A DNA stretch of 26,151 nt from a virus (Duplodnaviria > Caudoviricetes). The stretch is from positions 1 to 26,151 of the IMG/VR virus record IMGVR_UViG_3300017777_001854; one strand, written 5' to 3'. The notes under the pieces are model-generated. The model worked only from the letters and a program-made list of their open reading frames with translations. It searched no databases and was not told the origin of the DNA. Shown piece by piece: positions 24,860-26,151 of this stretch. The position numbers and the translations under genes were made by a program. The number at the start of each line of letters is the position of its first letter. The stretch's first letter is position 1.

Positions 24860-26151
24860 ATCATTACTTACACAATATTTTCAAGGCGAACAAGTGTATA
24901 ACTACGGGGCTCAAGTTCCACCAATTTTGTTTCCTGAACCAACTATTCCCGTTAGTCCAACCCCGACACCGACACCAACTTTAACAAACACACCAAGTAG
25001 CACCCAAACGACGCCAACGCCTACCCCTTCAATTACCCCTACAAATACGGGAACACCAACACAGACGCCTACTAATACAAACACACCGACTAATACAACC
25101 ACACCAACCATTACCCCAACGAATACAAGGACACCTACACCGACAAAAACGGCTACGATGACCCCAACACCCACGATGACCCCAACATCATCACCAGCAG
25201 TCCCGTATCAAACGGGATTATTGGCTATTGATTGTGGTGGTGGAATATACACAGGTGGGGTTTCTGTTAGTGTGAATGGAACACCAATTTCAATCTTATC
25301 TACTGGTGGAACAATAGGTAATGGAAGTTGTGTAAATCTAATGATTAGAAACAACACAGCAATTATTTATCAAATAACTTATGGTGGTGGATTTTCAGGT
25401 TGTTCTTCACCTGGTTTTGTTTATGATGAAGTCAGGAATATAAACTTTGCTTACAACGCACTTATTGGTTCTTTTGGTGGTTATGACTACTTGGAACAAT
25501 ATTATCAAGGTGGTTCTTTAATTTCAGGAACAACTAAACAAACTGCTATAGTAAATCCTGCGGCTGACTTGGGTAATGGTTGTCCTACACAAGATTTAGA
25601 TTTGGTTGTAAGGTTCTACATTCAAGGTGGAATTGTTCCAAGTCCTACCCCAACGATGACCCCAACGAATACTGAAACACCTACACAGACACCTACGCCA
25701 ACAAATACATTCGTATCGTATCCTGTAATATTTGTTAGTAGTGGAGCAACTTTTGATGATATATGTTCTAATCCACAACCAATACCAACATTATATTCAC
25801 CACAACCATTTTTTACTAACGAACAACAACTTTACTATGATAGTGGTTTAACACAATTTATAGATTGGAGTGATGATAATAATGCATTTTTCGCATCAAC
25901 AGGGGGAACACAATTATATTTTTATGGTTTTGCCCCATTTGGATTAGGAACTTATGGATTTACTTGTCCTTCACCAACACCAACCCCAACGAATACTGCC
26001 ACACCGACTTTAACACCTACGAATACACTTACACAGACACCAACAAATACGCCTACAAATACAGAAACACCAACACAGACGCCTACACAAACGATTACAC
26101 AGACACCAACAAATACGCCTACAAATACAGAAACACCAACACAGACGCCTA
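24849..26151 (+). CDS. Pro/Thr-rich (mucin-like) modular virion protein, truncated by window end (not in ORF track)
   Basis: ATG at 24849, open for 434 codons ([15 protein letters not shown]...). Three TPT(N/Q/P) tracts separate two Cys-containing beta-rich modules. Confidence 0.85.
   Translation, partial: MKVKSLLTQYFQGEQVYNYGAQVPPILFPEPTIPVSPTPTPTPTLTNTPSSTQTTPTPTPSITPTNTGTPTQTPTNTNTPTNTTTPTITPTNTRTPTPTKTATMTPTPTMTPTSSPAVPYQTGLLAIDCGGGIYTGGVSVSVNGTPISILSTGGTIGNGSCVNLMIRNNTAIIYQITYGGGFSGCSSPGFVYDEVRNINFAYNALIGSFGGYDYLEQYYQGGSLISGTTKQTAIVNPAADLGNGCPTQDLDLVVRFYIQGGIVPSPTPTMTPTNTETPTQTPTPTNTFVSYPVIFVSSGATFDDICSNPQPIPTLYSPQPFFTNEQQLYYDSGLTQFIDWSDDNNAFFASTGGTQLYFYGFAPFGLGTYGFTCPSPTPTPTNTATPTLTPTNTLTQTPTNTPTNTETPTQTPTQTITQTPTNTPTNTETPTQTP
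26031..26151 (+). repeat. 66 bp-period tandem repeat ([18 protein letters not shown])
   Basis: Near-identical copies start at 26031 and 26097; the window ends inside the second. Confidence 0.85.

Noticed and set aside
1292-25778. Other minus-strand ORFs in the track (e.g. 18457-19125, 22451-22951, 24911-25174)
   Set aside because: They lie antisense to well-supported + strand genes and show no recognisable motifs.
1-26151. Genome-wide TAG recoding (alternative genetic code)
   Set aside because: The standard code already gives dense, full-length genes, and only one internal TAG was found.

Overview
This AT-rich window is part of a tailed dsDNA phage genome, probably a siphovirus, with all credible genes on the + strand. 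The host is probably Bacteroidota: four TTG-N20/21-TAnnTTTG promoters are present and leaders are A-rich without Shine-Dalgarno motifs. Gene order: end of a probable replication gene; small genes including a holin-like protein; terS; a 3.1 kb island of small host-promoter-driven genes; PBSX-type terL; an RHH protein; a tail assembly chaperone with a -1 frameshift; a tail-terminator-like protein fused to a Gly-X-X fibre; an LRR fibre; neck, distal tail, hub and tape measure proteins; an XkdF-like prohead protease split by one in-frame TAG; scaffold; major capsid; tail tube; and a truncated Pro/Thr-rich protein. I recognised no portal, integrase, RT, tRNA or CRISPR. Main leads: (1) an [S/T]-G-x-T motif enriched in outer virion proteins, a candidate modification sequon; (2) a modular protease polyprotein with E-x-F junctions; (3) a structured RNA whose loop is antisense to start codons; (4) avoidance of several palindromic 4-mers. 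All product calls come from motif recognition by eye, and all counts are manual.
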